This document shows positions 50,205 through 61,584 of a stretch of DNA of 64,000 bases, piece after piece. The DNA comes from Spirogloea muscicola (Eukaryota): NCBI GenBank assembly GCA_009602725.1, contig WELB01000013.1, forward strand, positions 188,464-252,463, written 5' to 3'. The first letter of the stretch is position 1; every line of letters starts with the position of its first letter. Both the position numbers and the translations under genes were made by a program. Below the pieces are notes generated by a model. That model saw nothing but the letters and a program-made list of their open reading frames with translations, was not told where the DNA came from and made no database searches.

Positions 50205-51800
50205 CTCTCTACGGCCCCTTGCCCCCATTGGGAGAGCCACTTCTTCTACGGCGGACCACCGGCTCTTGGGCCTCCTCCCTCCCTGCCTCGTGGGCGTCAC
50301 TCAATGCGAGTGCGGTGCCCGTCACGTTGATCCTGCGGAGCTGGCCGCACACATGCTCCGTTGCGCACATGGGGGCGAGCGGACCGCTTCCCACGACCTC
50401 CTGCGAGATGGTATGCAGGAGGTGTTTTCAGAGAAGTGCGCGCCCATAGAGAAGAGTGTTTTCGGAGGCTGGCTTTAAGGTCGCGGTAGAAGGAAGCGGC
50501 TGCTGATAGTAAAAGAGCGGCTGTGAAAGCCAGCCAGATGCATACAGGTGTTCATGACGGAGCCACAGGCTAGGCAGCCAGGGCGCTCTTAGTAACCCCG
50601 TGTCAGCAGTAGGAAGTCAGATGAGCTGAGGGGAGGAAGAGCAACCCCGCTGCGCAAGCCAGAGGCTGCTGCAAGGGCACGACCAGCGCGGTGGAATATT
50701 CCTCCATAATGCCCATCCAGCTGGGCGCGGACGGCCAGCCCCATACACGACGCGCCGACCTGGTCGCCATCCCGCCCGGCGGCGGTCCCCACATCGTCGT
50801 TGATGTGGTGACAACTGACTGCATCAACTCCGCCAATCCCACCAGATCGGCGTCGTTTGCAGGGCACGCGGTCGGCCATGCGGCCCGGGGCAAGGAGCGC
50901 AAATATGCTGATCACCCGGTTGGGGATGAATTCGCGGCCCTGGCGATGGATGTACACGGGGCTTTCGGCAGCCGCTGGCTGGATCTCCTTCAGCGGCTTG
51001 CCCGCCAGGCCATTGACCGGCGGCCGGGTCTGCCAGGGGCGATGCCCGGCTTCAACGCAGCCGGTTCGCTCGCACAAGTCTTCCGCATGCGCCTGGCCGT
51101 ATCGCTTCAACGCTCCCTTGCCCACGCCGTCCACACGCGAGCAGGCCGTGCTATGGCCGCCGCCTCTGGGTCTCCGGCGGAGTGCCTCTTTCCCTGCAGC
51201 GAGCTACTCAGACCTGATGTTGCTCACTCGTGGGTACTGAGCTTCCCTCCGTATCGTCTATGTGTTTTGCAGTGTTTTGTAGTGTAGTCCTTTTTCCGGC
51301 TCCTCTTTCTTTGGCTTTGGACATTGTCCATTCTTTTTGGGCTGGCTTTGCTTAGCCCCTCTTCTCTATGGGCGCGCACTTCGTTCTCTACTGTACTTGT
51401 CCATTCCCATGGGCTGGCCTCTCACAGCCACCAGTCGATTGGGCCGCGCTTTCCTCTACTGTGCCTCTGTACTTAGGCCATTTTGGCCTTCGTTTGTTTC
51501 AAATACACGAAGCTTTTCCACTGCCTTCGCGCCATTTTGCGCCTTCCGGCCCATCGGATCTTGTCATTCTTTTTGGGCTGGCCTTTCCCACTGAGCATCC
51601 CTCTGCATCATCATTAATCAGCAAGCGCGGCCAGATTAACGGGTGGCTGGGAGAGGCAAGCCCAAAGGAATGGATAAGGTCTGAAGGAGCCGGAGTGCCT
51701 ACATTATTATTGGTGTGTAACCTTGTCTTTTTCTTTGGATTTGGACATCGTCCATTCTTATTTGGGCTGGCTTTGCTAGCCCCCCCTTGCTGGACTTCAT
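50205..51800. mobile_element. Nested CRE-like fragments: CCHC piece (+, ~50255-50425), inverted 3' piece (-, ~50430-50695), RLE plus 3'UTR (+, ~50690-51390), further motif copies
   Basis: HRLLGLLPPCLVGVTQCECG..HMLRCAHGGERTASHD; RRADLVAIPPGGGPHIVVDVVTTD..ARGKERKYADH..ALAMDVHGAFG..FRMRLAVSLQR; minus piece RAGRALAAASGLRSGVALPPLSSSDFLLLTRGY*. Confidence 0.82.
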
Positions 51801-52504
51801 ATACTCGCCCAACCATGCCGAGGGACGTCGTCCAGCAGCACGGCGAGAGAACTCTTCCAGAGACCGGACTGCTTGCGTTTGATAGTCGCATGCGCTTGTT
51901 GGACCTATGGAGAGGGCCTAGGCCAATGCTAGCCGGCCGTGCTCTTGTTGCTGCGTTTGTCTATCGCATGTGGTAATTAATTGCACTGGCATGTTTGGTT
52001 GACAACTCACTCTCCTTTCGCCTGGCCTACCTCAGGCACCGTCCTTTTGGAAGGGGTCTCTGCAAGGCCAGTCAGCACCGAGTCAATGGTCAGGCCGTTC
52101 CTTGGCAGCTGGCCGCGTCCAGCCACCCCACAAGACTATGCAAAACTAATGAGGCCGTACACACTTTACTCATCCAACTGCTTCATGCATACTCTCTGAG
52201 ACATCTACGTGTCTACTCAGATGATTCTACATAAATATTGCACAAAGGTCGTCTGTAGTCTGCACATGACACGTCCAAGAAAGGCTGCATCCGCCTTCTT
52301 CCTAGTCCACACTGGCGAAGTGACTGGAACGATCCAAAACATTGGAAATCTGGACTGGCGGTGTGGTCTTTTACGTCTTCGTTGCAGCTGTTTACTGCTG
52401 CAACTTTGCATGCTTCCATTACGAGATGATCGAGTAATGCATAGCTCCATTCAAGGTACTACCCCATACCAAATCAGGAATAGTCTACCAATATCAATTG
52501 TTGA

Positions 52505-55199
52505 TCAATCCTTGGCATCGGTGATGCCGCCATTTGTGATCTGGTAGGTGCACTCAGCCTCAGGTAGGCTTGGAGCATCGTAAACCTTGCAGATCCGCTG
52601 CTCACCTTTCCCTTTTCTCAGCATTAGCCTCACAGTCGAGGCGTGGGCAAGGACATGCCCACCTGCCGGCTTCTTCGGATCAGCAACGAATGTTCCACCG
52701 CCAGGATCAGCAATCACTGCAAATGACGGATTGAGGAGGTCAGAGCCTGCAGCTCCTGTCAGTGCAGGCTTGGTTTAAGAAAAAGTTCAATACTGTCGGC
52801 CATGCTTCATGCACACCTTGGTTGGTAATGAATACTGCCACATTGAATTCCTCAGCAATTTTTATCAGCCTGGAGAGCATCTGCGCCAACTTTTGCTGCA
52901 AACATGATGTGCATTTATTAGTAATACTGCTGAGCCTGGAAACGTCAAGCTGTCACTGTCAATCCCAGCCCAAGCAGCACCGTTGTTGTGGTCTCACAGA
53001 CCTGGCGCTCAGCAAGCTCTCCACGCCCCGAGAAGTCAACACGGAAGAGAGCTGTGATTGAGTCAACTACCTGCAAGGTCAACAAGTGAGAGCTGTTGAA
53101 GAGCACGTCTCTTCAGTAGCAGATGTGAAAGCTTTTGTGCAAGGGATTCCTGACTATGCATACGGCAGACAGCCACGCAGGTCAGAAAAGGTACCAGGAG
53201 CTTGAAGGGTTCCTCCGACATTTTGGCAGCCAATCCTAGGAGAAGGTTGAATTGGTGTTCATGTGTGTACGCTCTAGCATACACTATCTGAGAATTCTCA
53301 GAGGCAGTGGACCAGTATCATTGTCAGATACTCCTATAAGATACACCTGAACCCTGAACCGCTCCACAGAACGTGACCCACGAGGGTCTGGTCAAAGTGC
53401 TTACATTATCAAGCACAGCACTCGCGTCCAAGCCAAATCTTTCTGCAATTGGCACAATGCGCTCTGGACGGCTGCGGGCGGCTAAGGCAAGTGTGACTGG
53501 TGCCAAGTACTACCAAAGGTCTTCATGTAGAGGCTTGAGATGCTAAAATTCCGAAAAATTCTTTGTACTCATCACCAAGCCACAGAGTATAGATAGAAAT
53601 GACAGACATCATAGCATGTCTCGCACTGACTCGTTAGAGGATACAAAGTTCCTTCGGTGTCGACGTACGCAACCTTGCCATTCCCTCCATTCATTGACAA
53701 AGGTAACTGACAAGTCACATTTGAAGATGTTGCTCAGCAGCAATTAACATCTTAAGATGATGCACGATTAGTGATGCGACAATAAGCCCACAGCTGCTTT
53801 TTGGCAGCAGAAAATGTTGCACCCACAATAAAAACATGACAAGAGGACGGCTCCGTACTTGGGTTGACACGCATAGAGTGTGTGCGATCTGTGTCTTCCC
53901 AGTCCTGCACAGTGGAGAAATTAGATTGCAAGATGTGAAGTATCAAGAATGGACAGTCATATCAGTAGACTATCTACCCAGCACAGGCAATGCACAAGAT
54001 ACATGATTACACACCATGCGATCTGTTCCAGCAACAATCCAATCTCCAACTTAATTCCTCGAATTTGTGGCACTTGTGGTAAGAGTGCAGGGAACTAGCT
54101 TAGTACCTGAACTCGCCAAATGCTTCTGTGATAGACATGGTTTCAATACCTCCTGCACACTTGCTGTGAACAATTTATTTCTCAAACAGATCATTGACAG
54201 CAGTGCCACAATGCCATAAATGCGGCCGTAAAATCGCGCATGTGACACGAGGATGGCAACTAGCAAGCAAGCCCTTACCTCCGAGCAACTCATCAAATGC
54301 TGAACTTCCTGTGGTTATTTTGACGACTGCTTTTCTCTGGACGGGGCCACTGAAGCAGATCTGAGGGCCTATGCTTATACTTCAAAGCTCAGCCTTCTGT
54401 ATAAGTGCAACAATGCCATGCTAAATGGCTCCTAGAACTGATAAACTGCTGACCTTATGCTTAACATCTTTGTCTAGACTGACCTTGTTTAGTATTTCGG
54501 TGCCTGTCGAGTAACCAAGGTTCTGCCACAGACGTATATGTCAGTGTCAAATACAGGTTGGAAAAAGCGTAAGCAGATAACATATATTTATCTGCCCTAC
54601 ACGCGTAGAAGCAGTATGGCAAGCTGGAACTTACAACTAGCTTCTCTGAGGCTTCCAGGATCTTGTCGACCTTTGCTTCTGAGAGACCCTTAATGTTGCA
54701 AAGAGCCTGAATCAACGGCGGGCGAACAGGCCTTCAGTGCCAAAGCAATGACTCAACAAAGACAATGAAAAGCCAATGAGACATTCTCGCCAGTTGAGTC
54801 TCCCTGGTGTGTGCCTTCATGCGTCTAGTGACTAACGTGAGTCATGTTATGCCAGCTTCTTCACACCTTTTTGGTTCTCATCATTAGTCCATTGCATGTG
54901 AAGATACCAGCCTCCTGCAGCTTCTTGACATCGCCAGCGTTTATGCCATGCGCTGTTACTGCAGATCAAGAATGAAGATGCAGCGTTGCCTGTGCGGAAG
55001 TGCGCCGTACGTTGATGAGGTGTTGGATATAGGGTGTTATGCATGCAAAGCTGGCATCAGTCGAATAGAGGAGCTCTGTGGTATCCTGAGGGGCTCTGAG
55101 CCAGTGAGTTCGTGTCAAACGCTTGTCAATGGGCTCGAAGCAGTCTTCCTCCTCGTCTGACTCGTGCTTGAGGCCCTTGTCTTCCATTTGCGCGGCCAT
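52505..55199 (-). CDS. DMC1: Meiotic recombinase DMC1, multi-exon
   Basis: [61 protein letters not shown] (Walker A), [62 protein letters not shown] and TEAFGEFR are DMC1-type rather than RAD51-type. Confidence 0.95.
53472..53644 (-). other. Probable U12-type GT-AG intron in DMC1
   Basis: 5' splice site GTATCCTC inside EGTF|RP; branch-like TGCCTTAGC about 10 nt before the acceptor CAG; no polypyrimidine tract. Confidence 0.7.
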
Positions 55200-55869
55200 G
55201 GATGAAGACAGGTCAGCCGCGCGCGGCTGCCAGCGCCTGGCCGGTCCCGCCGTAGTCCTCCGGGCTGATCACGTCGCAAGGCCAAGCGGACTGACTGGCG
55301 GGCCAGCAGAATGGCCACCGGTGCGACGGCGCCTGCCCGATTGGCGGCGTCTGCGGCGGAGATGCGCAGGCCTCTGGCAAGTACGTGCGCCAGATCGCGG
55401 CGGCGGCGGCGGCGACGGCGGCGGCGGCGGCGATTTACCTCCTGGCCGGGCGCGGTGCTGACGATGGGCGGGGTATCGAGCTGGATCTCAGCCAGTCAGT
55501 CCAGCCAGTGGCCCATCAGGCCCGCTACAGTGGGGAGAGGGGAGCTGCTGGTGCCCGTCGGATCGTGCACTGCATCGGACGGCATCGGGACGACCCGCAC
55601 TGGAAGCCTGAGCCTGCAATAATAACCTTTTTCCTAAGAAATTCGAACCTTGTCAATTCTTTCGGGCTGGCTTTTCACAGCCCTTGCCCCCCTTTGGGAG
55701 TGCCTCCTCTCTGATCCCGCCCGTAACGACGACGAAACAGCGCGTCCAAATTGAGAAGAAGTGGCTCTCCCAATGAAAGATTTCCGTGTCTTTGAAACAA
55801 TCGAAGGCCAAAATGGCCAAGTACAAATGCAAGCACATCTTATGACGTAGTAGCTAGCATCTAGCAGCT

Positions 55870-56150
55870 TCTAGAGCTGCTAGAGTAGGAGTAAGGCAGC
55901 AGCAAAGGTAGGAGGAGGGATGGCCGGGGGGGAGAGAAGGGCCGGCAGTGCCCCTGGAGGCCTTTCCTGCGTCCGCTTCTGGAGCTGCTAGAAGAGTGAG
56001 GCAGCAGCAGTGGCAGGAGGAATGGAGGGGGAGAGAAAGAGGGCCGGAAGTGCAGAAGGGAGTGGGGCCTTGTCGACCTGTCCTGCTGGAGCTGCTAGAA
56101 GGAGAGTGGGGCAGCAGCAGTGGCAGGAGGGATGGCAGGGGAAGGGGAGA
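55870..56150 (+). repeat. Purine-rich imperfect tandem repeat, ~107 bp period, about 3 copies
   Basis: gagctgctag..gagt.rggcagcagca.....aggagg.atgg..gggg recurs near 55874, 55982 and 56089. Confidence 0.7.
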
Positions 56151-56154
56151 ATCT

Positions 56155-56957
56155 CCCCTCAATGACGCCCTCACACTCCCGGACGAGGTGTTTCGCAGTG
56201 CCGTCCACCGGCTCCTGGGCCTGCCGCCACCATGTCTCCAGGGTGTGCAACAGTAAATGTGGCGAGCGAGGGGCCGAGCCTGGGGAGCTGGCCGCTCATG
56301 TTCTGCGCTGTTCCCACGGCGGAGAGCGGACAGCGGCCCACAACCGTCTCCGGGATGCGATGCATGGCATCCTTGTGGAGGCCGGCTTCTCAATGGCAGC
56401 CGAGAACTCCGCCGTCATGCCGCTCCAGCAACGGGCCGACGGTCTCGACGCGAAGAGCGCGTCTCCACGCTCTTCGCGTCGACCTTGTGGCCACTGCACC
56501 AGCCGGCGGGCCACGTCTTCTCCTGGACGTGGTGACCACTGACTCGTATGACCGCTCACACCCAGCCCAGTGTGCCACCAAGGCTGGGTATGCGGTAGCC
56601 TGCGTCGCTCGGGCCAAGGAGCTAAAATACGCAGATCACCCGCGGGAAGACGAGTTTTTCCCGCTCGCCATCGATACGCACGGGGCGCTGGGCGCTCGGT
56701 GGCTCGAGCTGCTCAACCAGGTCTCACGCCACGCCATTGTCCGCCGCTTCCATGGGGAGCCGGTGGACTCCCACGCAGCAGGGTCGCTAGCGCAGGTGTA
56801 CCGCATGCGCTTGGCCGTCTCGCTGCAGAGGTCTATGGCCCGCGCGCTGCACCTGCGTGCAGGCAGAGCCCTCGCTGCTGCCTCTGGCTCTGGCCAGGGA
56901 ACCCGCTTCCAGGAACCCAGTCTCTCTGACCTGAGGCTGCTTAGCAGGGGTTACTGA
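56155..56957 (+). mobile_element. 5'-truncated CRE-like non-LTR retrotransposon (CCHC + RLE), frameshifted; 'QEPS-tail' subfamily
   Basis: LTLPDEVFRSAVHRLLGLPPPCL, .CG..HVLRCSHGGERTAAHNRLRD, RVDLVATAPAGGPRLLLDVVTTD, ARAKELKYADH, FFPLAIDTHGALG, SDLRLLSRGY*. Confidence 0.85.
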
Positions 56958-57359
56958 GTGCTTCGTAGAGAAAGGCCGAAAGTGCCGCTGAGGGCCTTGT
57001 TGACCTGGCCTGCGCCCCCCATGGGGGCTGAAAGCCAGCCCGAAAAGAAGTGACAAAGGTTCGAAGGGGCCAAATAACGGAGGGGCCTAAAACGCTTTGT
57101 CAGAACGGATGTAGGATAGGAACTGAGAGCAGTGGCTGTCAGAGGAGAAGGCGCGCGGTGCGCATGAAAATGAAATAGAGGCCAATTCTGGCCTTACAAA
57201 TGTCCTTTTAACTGGGTAATGAGCTGGCTAAGGGGGCTATCAGAAGAAGGGATCGCCCATTGAGAACAGGGGAAGCAGTGGCTCTCCCAATGGGGGCAAG
57301 GGGCTATGAGGCCAGCCCGCCCGAAGGACCGGCTGGGGCTCGTCGGGAAGCGTACGCGT

Positions 57360-58770
57360 CCTTCGACACCGGCATCCTGGCGAGCGCGGCGGCCACCCTT
57401 CTCCAGCCCGCCAGCCGCTCTGCTGCAGGCTAGCCTGCCTGTCAGCCGCGGCGGCTTGGGCTGCCGCCCAGTTGCCCGCGCCTTTGAGGCGGCATACCTG
57501 GGCAGTTGGGGACAGGTCGCCGTTCCCATCTGCCAGCGCTTCCTCGTCCACGGCAATCGCGCCCTGGAGCGGGCGGCAGCTGAAGTGGAGACCGGCCAGC
57601 TGCCCTTCCTGGCAGCCCTCCGTTCTGCCCGCGACGGGCTCCTGGCGGCCCACCCCGACTTGTCGGAGCAGGCGTTCCCCTTCGTTCACCTCGCCCACAC
57701 CCCTGACCTGCGTGCCCAGGCACGCTACATGGTGCTGGCGGAGAAGGTGGCCTTCGACAAGGCAGTGAGGCTCGTTCCTCGGCACGACCTTCGAGGGCGT
57801 GCCCGGCTCCTGTCGGCCTCCTCGCCCGGGGCGGCAGCGTGGTTAACTGCGCCTCCCCTTTACGCGGCGCTAATCATGCCCGACGCAGTCTTGTGCACGG
57901 CCGTCCACCGGCTCCTGGGCCTCCTCCCTCCCTGCCTTGTCGGTGTAATGCAGTGTGAGTGCGGAGCCCGCCACGCCGACGCGGTGAGCTGGCTGCTCAC
58001 ATGCTCCGCTTGCGCACGGAGGCGAGAGGACCGGATCCCACGACCTCATGAGGGACGGCATGCACGGAGTGTTCCTGGAGGCGGGCTACACGGTGGCCGT
58101 GGAGAACACTTCCATCATGCCCATCCAGCTGGGCGCGGGACGGTCAGCTCCATACCCGGCGCGCCGACCTGGTCGCCATCCCGCCTCGGAGGAGGTCCTC
58201 GCATCATCGTGGATGTGGTGACCGTCGACTGCGTCGACTCCGCCAACCCCACCAGATCGGCGTCGACCGCAGGGCACGCGGTCGGCCTGGCGGCCCGTGG
58301 CAAGGAGCGTAAGTTCGCCGACCATCCTGCTGGTGATGGAAAAGCGGCACTGGCGGTTGACGTCCACGGGGCTTTCGGCAGTCGCTGGCTGGACCTCCTC
58401 CAGAGGCTTGCCCGGCAGGCCATTGATCGGCGGCCGGGTCAGCCAGGGGAGCTGCCCGGCTTCAACGCTGCTGGCTCGGTAACGCAGGTCTTCCGCATGC
58501 GGCCGTCGGTCTGTTTCCAGCGATCCCTGGCTCACGCAGTCCACTAGCGAGCAGGCCGCGCCATGGCTGCTGCATCTGGGTCTAGGCGGAGTGCTTCTTC
58601 CCCAGCTGCGAGTTACTCGGACTTGCTGCTGCTCACTCGTGGGTACTAAGCTTCCATCTGCGTTGTCTCGTGTCTAGCTGTGTACTTTCTTTTCGGCACC
58701 TTTTGGCTCTCTGGATCTTGTCCACTCTTTTGGGCTGGCCTTGTTCAGCCCATCTTCTCTATGGGCGGTG
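57360..58770 (+). mobile_element. Longest 5'-truncated CRE-like copy (RT thumb/linker, CCHC, RLE, 3'UTR), pseudogenised
   Basis: LLQASLPVSRGGLG, AAYLGSW, RARLLSASSPGAAAWLTAPP, CECG, IIVDVVTVD, GKERKFADH. Several frameshifts, a premature TAG near 58545, and the natural stop TAA at 58647-58649. Confidence 0.85.
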
Positions 58771-60745
58771 GCTGGGGAGAGGCCTGCCCAGAAAATTGCA
58801 TTACCAAGTTTGAAGGGGCCAGGGAAAGCGCTTCAGCACACAGGGAATCAAAGAGCTACGAAACACTCAGTAACCCCTGCTGAGCAGCCATAGGTCGGAG
58901 AAACTGGTCTCCTGGTAGCGGGTCCCCTGGCTAGGGCCAGAGGCTGCAGCTAAGGCACGACCGGCACGCAGATGCAGCGCAAGAGCCATGGACCTCTGCA
59001 GCAAAGAAAGTGCTCTCTCAAAGAAGGTAGGGGCTGGAAAAGAAGAAAAGCGCTTTCAGGAGAGGGCGGTGGCTGTGACAGGCCAGCCCAAATAGAATGA
59101 ACAAGGTCCAAAGAGCCGACAGGTGAAGGTGCCTAAAACCACACAGCGAGACACGAGACTACCGCAGATGGAGGCTCATTAAGGGGGCAAGAACTGTGAA
59201 AAGCGAGCCTGAAAAAAAGATCTGACAAGGTCTGAAGGGGCCGAGAAAGCGCTGAAACAAATTTCTAGGCAAGTACGACGTAAGATAATCCATAAGTAAC
59301 CTTTATTTAGCAGCCGCAAATCAGGAAGACTAGCCGCCAGGAAGAAAGAAGGAAAGTGGCTCTCTCAAAGGGGAAAGACTCTTCCAGTAGAGGTCGATGG
59401 CTTTGATTGGACAGCCCAGAAAATGGAATGAACAAAGTTCGAAGGGGGCGAGGGCTGTGGAAAGCCAGCCCGAAAAATCTGAAATTCTGAAAGTCCGAAC
59501 GGGCCGAATGGCGCTGAAAGACGTAAGTATGCAGGAAGCAAGGAAGCAGTCTCCTTTACGGAAGCCAGAGGCTGCAGCTAGAGCACGGCCAGCGCACGCA
59601 GGTTCAGGAAAAAAAATAAGTAATTTCATGCAAAAAAGATGAGCTCTTTCACAGGGGACGGGAGCCAGCCCAGAAAGAATGAACAAGAAAGGAACACTCT
59701 TCCAGTAGAGGGCGATGGCTGTGGGTGGCAAGCCCAGTAAAGAGAATGAACAAAAGAGGTTAGAAAAGCGCCAAAGCACACAGCGACTCAAGTGGCCACT
59801 GGGTGCTCAATAATCCCTGTTGAGCGGCCGCAGGTCAGAGTAACTAAGTCTCCGTGTAGGGGGTCCCCTGTCTGTAGCCAGAGGCTGCATCCAAAAAGCG
59901 ACCGGCACGCAGATGCCGCGTGTGCCATTGACCGCTGCAGCAATACTGACAGGCGCGTGCGATACATCTGGCGAGAGAGCCTGCCGCGTTGAATCCGGCC
60001 TGCTCCCCTTGGTAACGTCAGGACACAGCGCTGCGCGCTAGCCGGTGCAGGAGCTCAAGCCACCAAGAGCCGAACGCCCCCGTGGACGTCGATGGCAAGG
60101 GGGATGAACAAGGTCAAAAGGGCCGGAAGGCGCCAAACCCACACAGCTATGCAAGAAGAAACAGCTCTTACAAATTAAAGAAAAAAAGCTCGTCCAAAGG
60201 GGGCGGGGGACTGTGAATGGCCAGCCCAGAAAGAATGAACAAGGTCCAAAGGGCCGAAAGGCGCCAAACCCCACAGCAATGCAAGAAACTACAGCGAATG
60301 GGAGCTGAGTAATAGTCAGCAGCCGCAAATCGGAGTAAGCTGGGAAAGAGGCACCCCGACGAGCCCCAGAAGCAGCAGCCATGGCACGGCCTGCCCGCGC
60401 AAGGGCACTGCGTGAGCTTAGGACCGTTGGAAAAATGTGGATAGCGGCATACGAAATACCTGGGCAAGCGACCCAGCGTCGTTAGCCGGGCAGCTCAGCT
60501 TGCTCCCTGCCGACGATCAATGGCCCGCCGGACAAGCCGCTGCAGAAGGTCCAGCCATCGCCTGCCGAACGCCCCGTGCACGTCCATCGCCAGCGCCACA
60601 AACCCATCGTCGGCTGGGAGATCCGCATATTTCTCGTTGCCGCTGGCAGCCTTGCGTCGACCGCCCTGCTTCCGACGCCGATTGGGTGGGGTTGGCGGAG
60701 TCGACGGAGTCGGTAGTCACGACGTCCGCGATGATCCAAGAGACC
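58770..60745 (-). mobile_element. Array of short minus-strand CRE-like 3' fragments and motif copies
   Basis: RAGRALAAASG-type tails at ~58870-59000, 59540-59600, 59800-59990 and 60300-60420; RLE piece at 60480-60735 (ADVVTTDSVDSANPT); at least seven ccagccc..aaagaatg.acaa motif copies. Confidence 0.78.
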
Positions 60746-61584
60746 AAGTAACCAAAGAAGTGAGCTCTTCTAAGTAGGGCGGGGGCGGGGGCGGGNNNNN
60801 NNNNNNNNNNNNNNNNNNNNNNNNNNNNNNNNNNNNNNNNNNNNNNNNNNNNNNNNNNNNNNNNNNNNNNNNNNNNNNNNNNNNNNNNNNNNNNNNNNNN
60901 NNNNNNNNNNNNNNNNNNNNNNNNNNNNNNNNNNNNNNNNNNNNNNNNNNNNNNNNNNNNNNNNNNNNNNNNNNNNNNNNNNNNNNNNNNNNNNNNNNNN
61001 NNNNNNNNNNNNNNNNNNNNNNNNNNNNNNNNNNNNNNNNNNNNNNNNNNNNNNNNNNNNNNNNNNNNNNNNNNNNNNNNNNNNNNNNNNNNNNNNNNNN
61101 NNNNNNNNNNNNNNNNNNNNNNNNNNNNNNNNNNNNNNNNNNNNNNNNNNNNNNNNNNNNNNNNNNNNNNNNNNNNNNNNNNNNNNNNNNNNNNNNNNNN
61201 NNNNNNNNNNNNNNNNNNNNNNNNNNNNNNNNNNNNNNNNNNNNNNNNNNNNNNNNNNNNNNNNNNNNNNNNNNNNNNNNNNNNNNNNNNNNNNNNNNNN
61301 NNNNNNNNNNNNNNNNNNNNNNNNNNNNNNNNNNNNNNNNNNNNNNNNNNNCCCCCCCTCCACCCCTCCTTCCTATTGCTTGCTCGCTCAATCTCTCTCC
61401 TTCACTCTATCTCCACCCAGCTATAAGAAGGAAGATTTCGTTCCTTTGAAACAGTCGTAGGCCGATAGGCTATAAGAGGTGCTTCAAGGCTGCCCATAAG
61501 CTAGTGCAGGCACGTTGTTACTACTGAGGCCAGCTCTTGCGGCTTCCTCTCTATCTTTGGCCGCATTCTTCGTCTGTCCATGCC

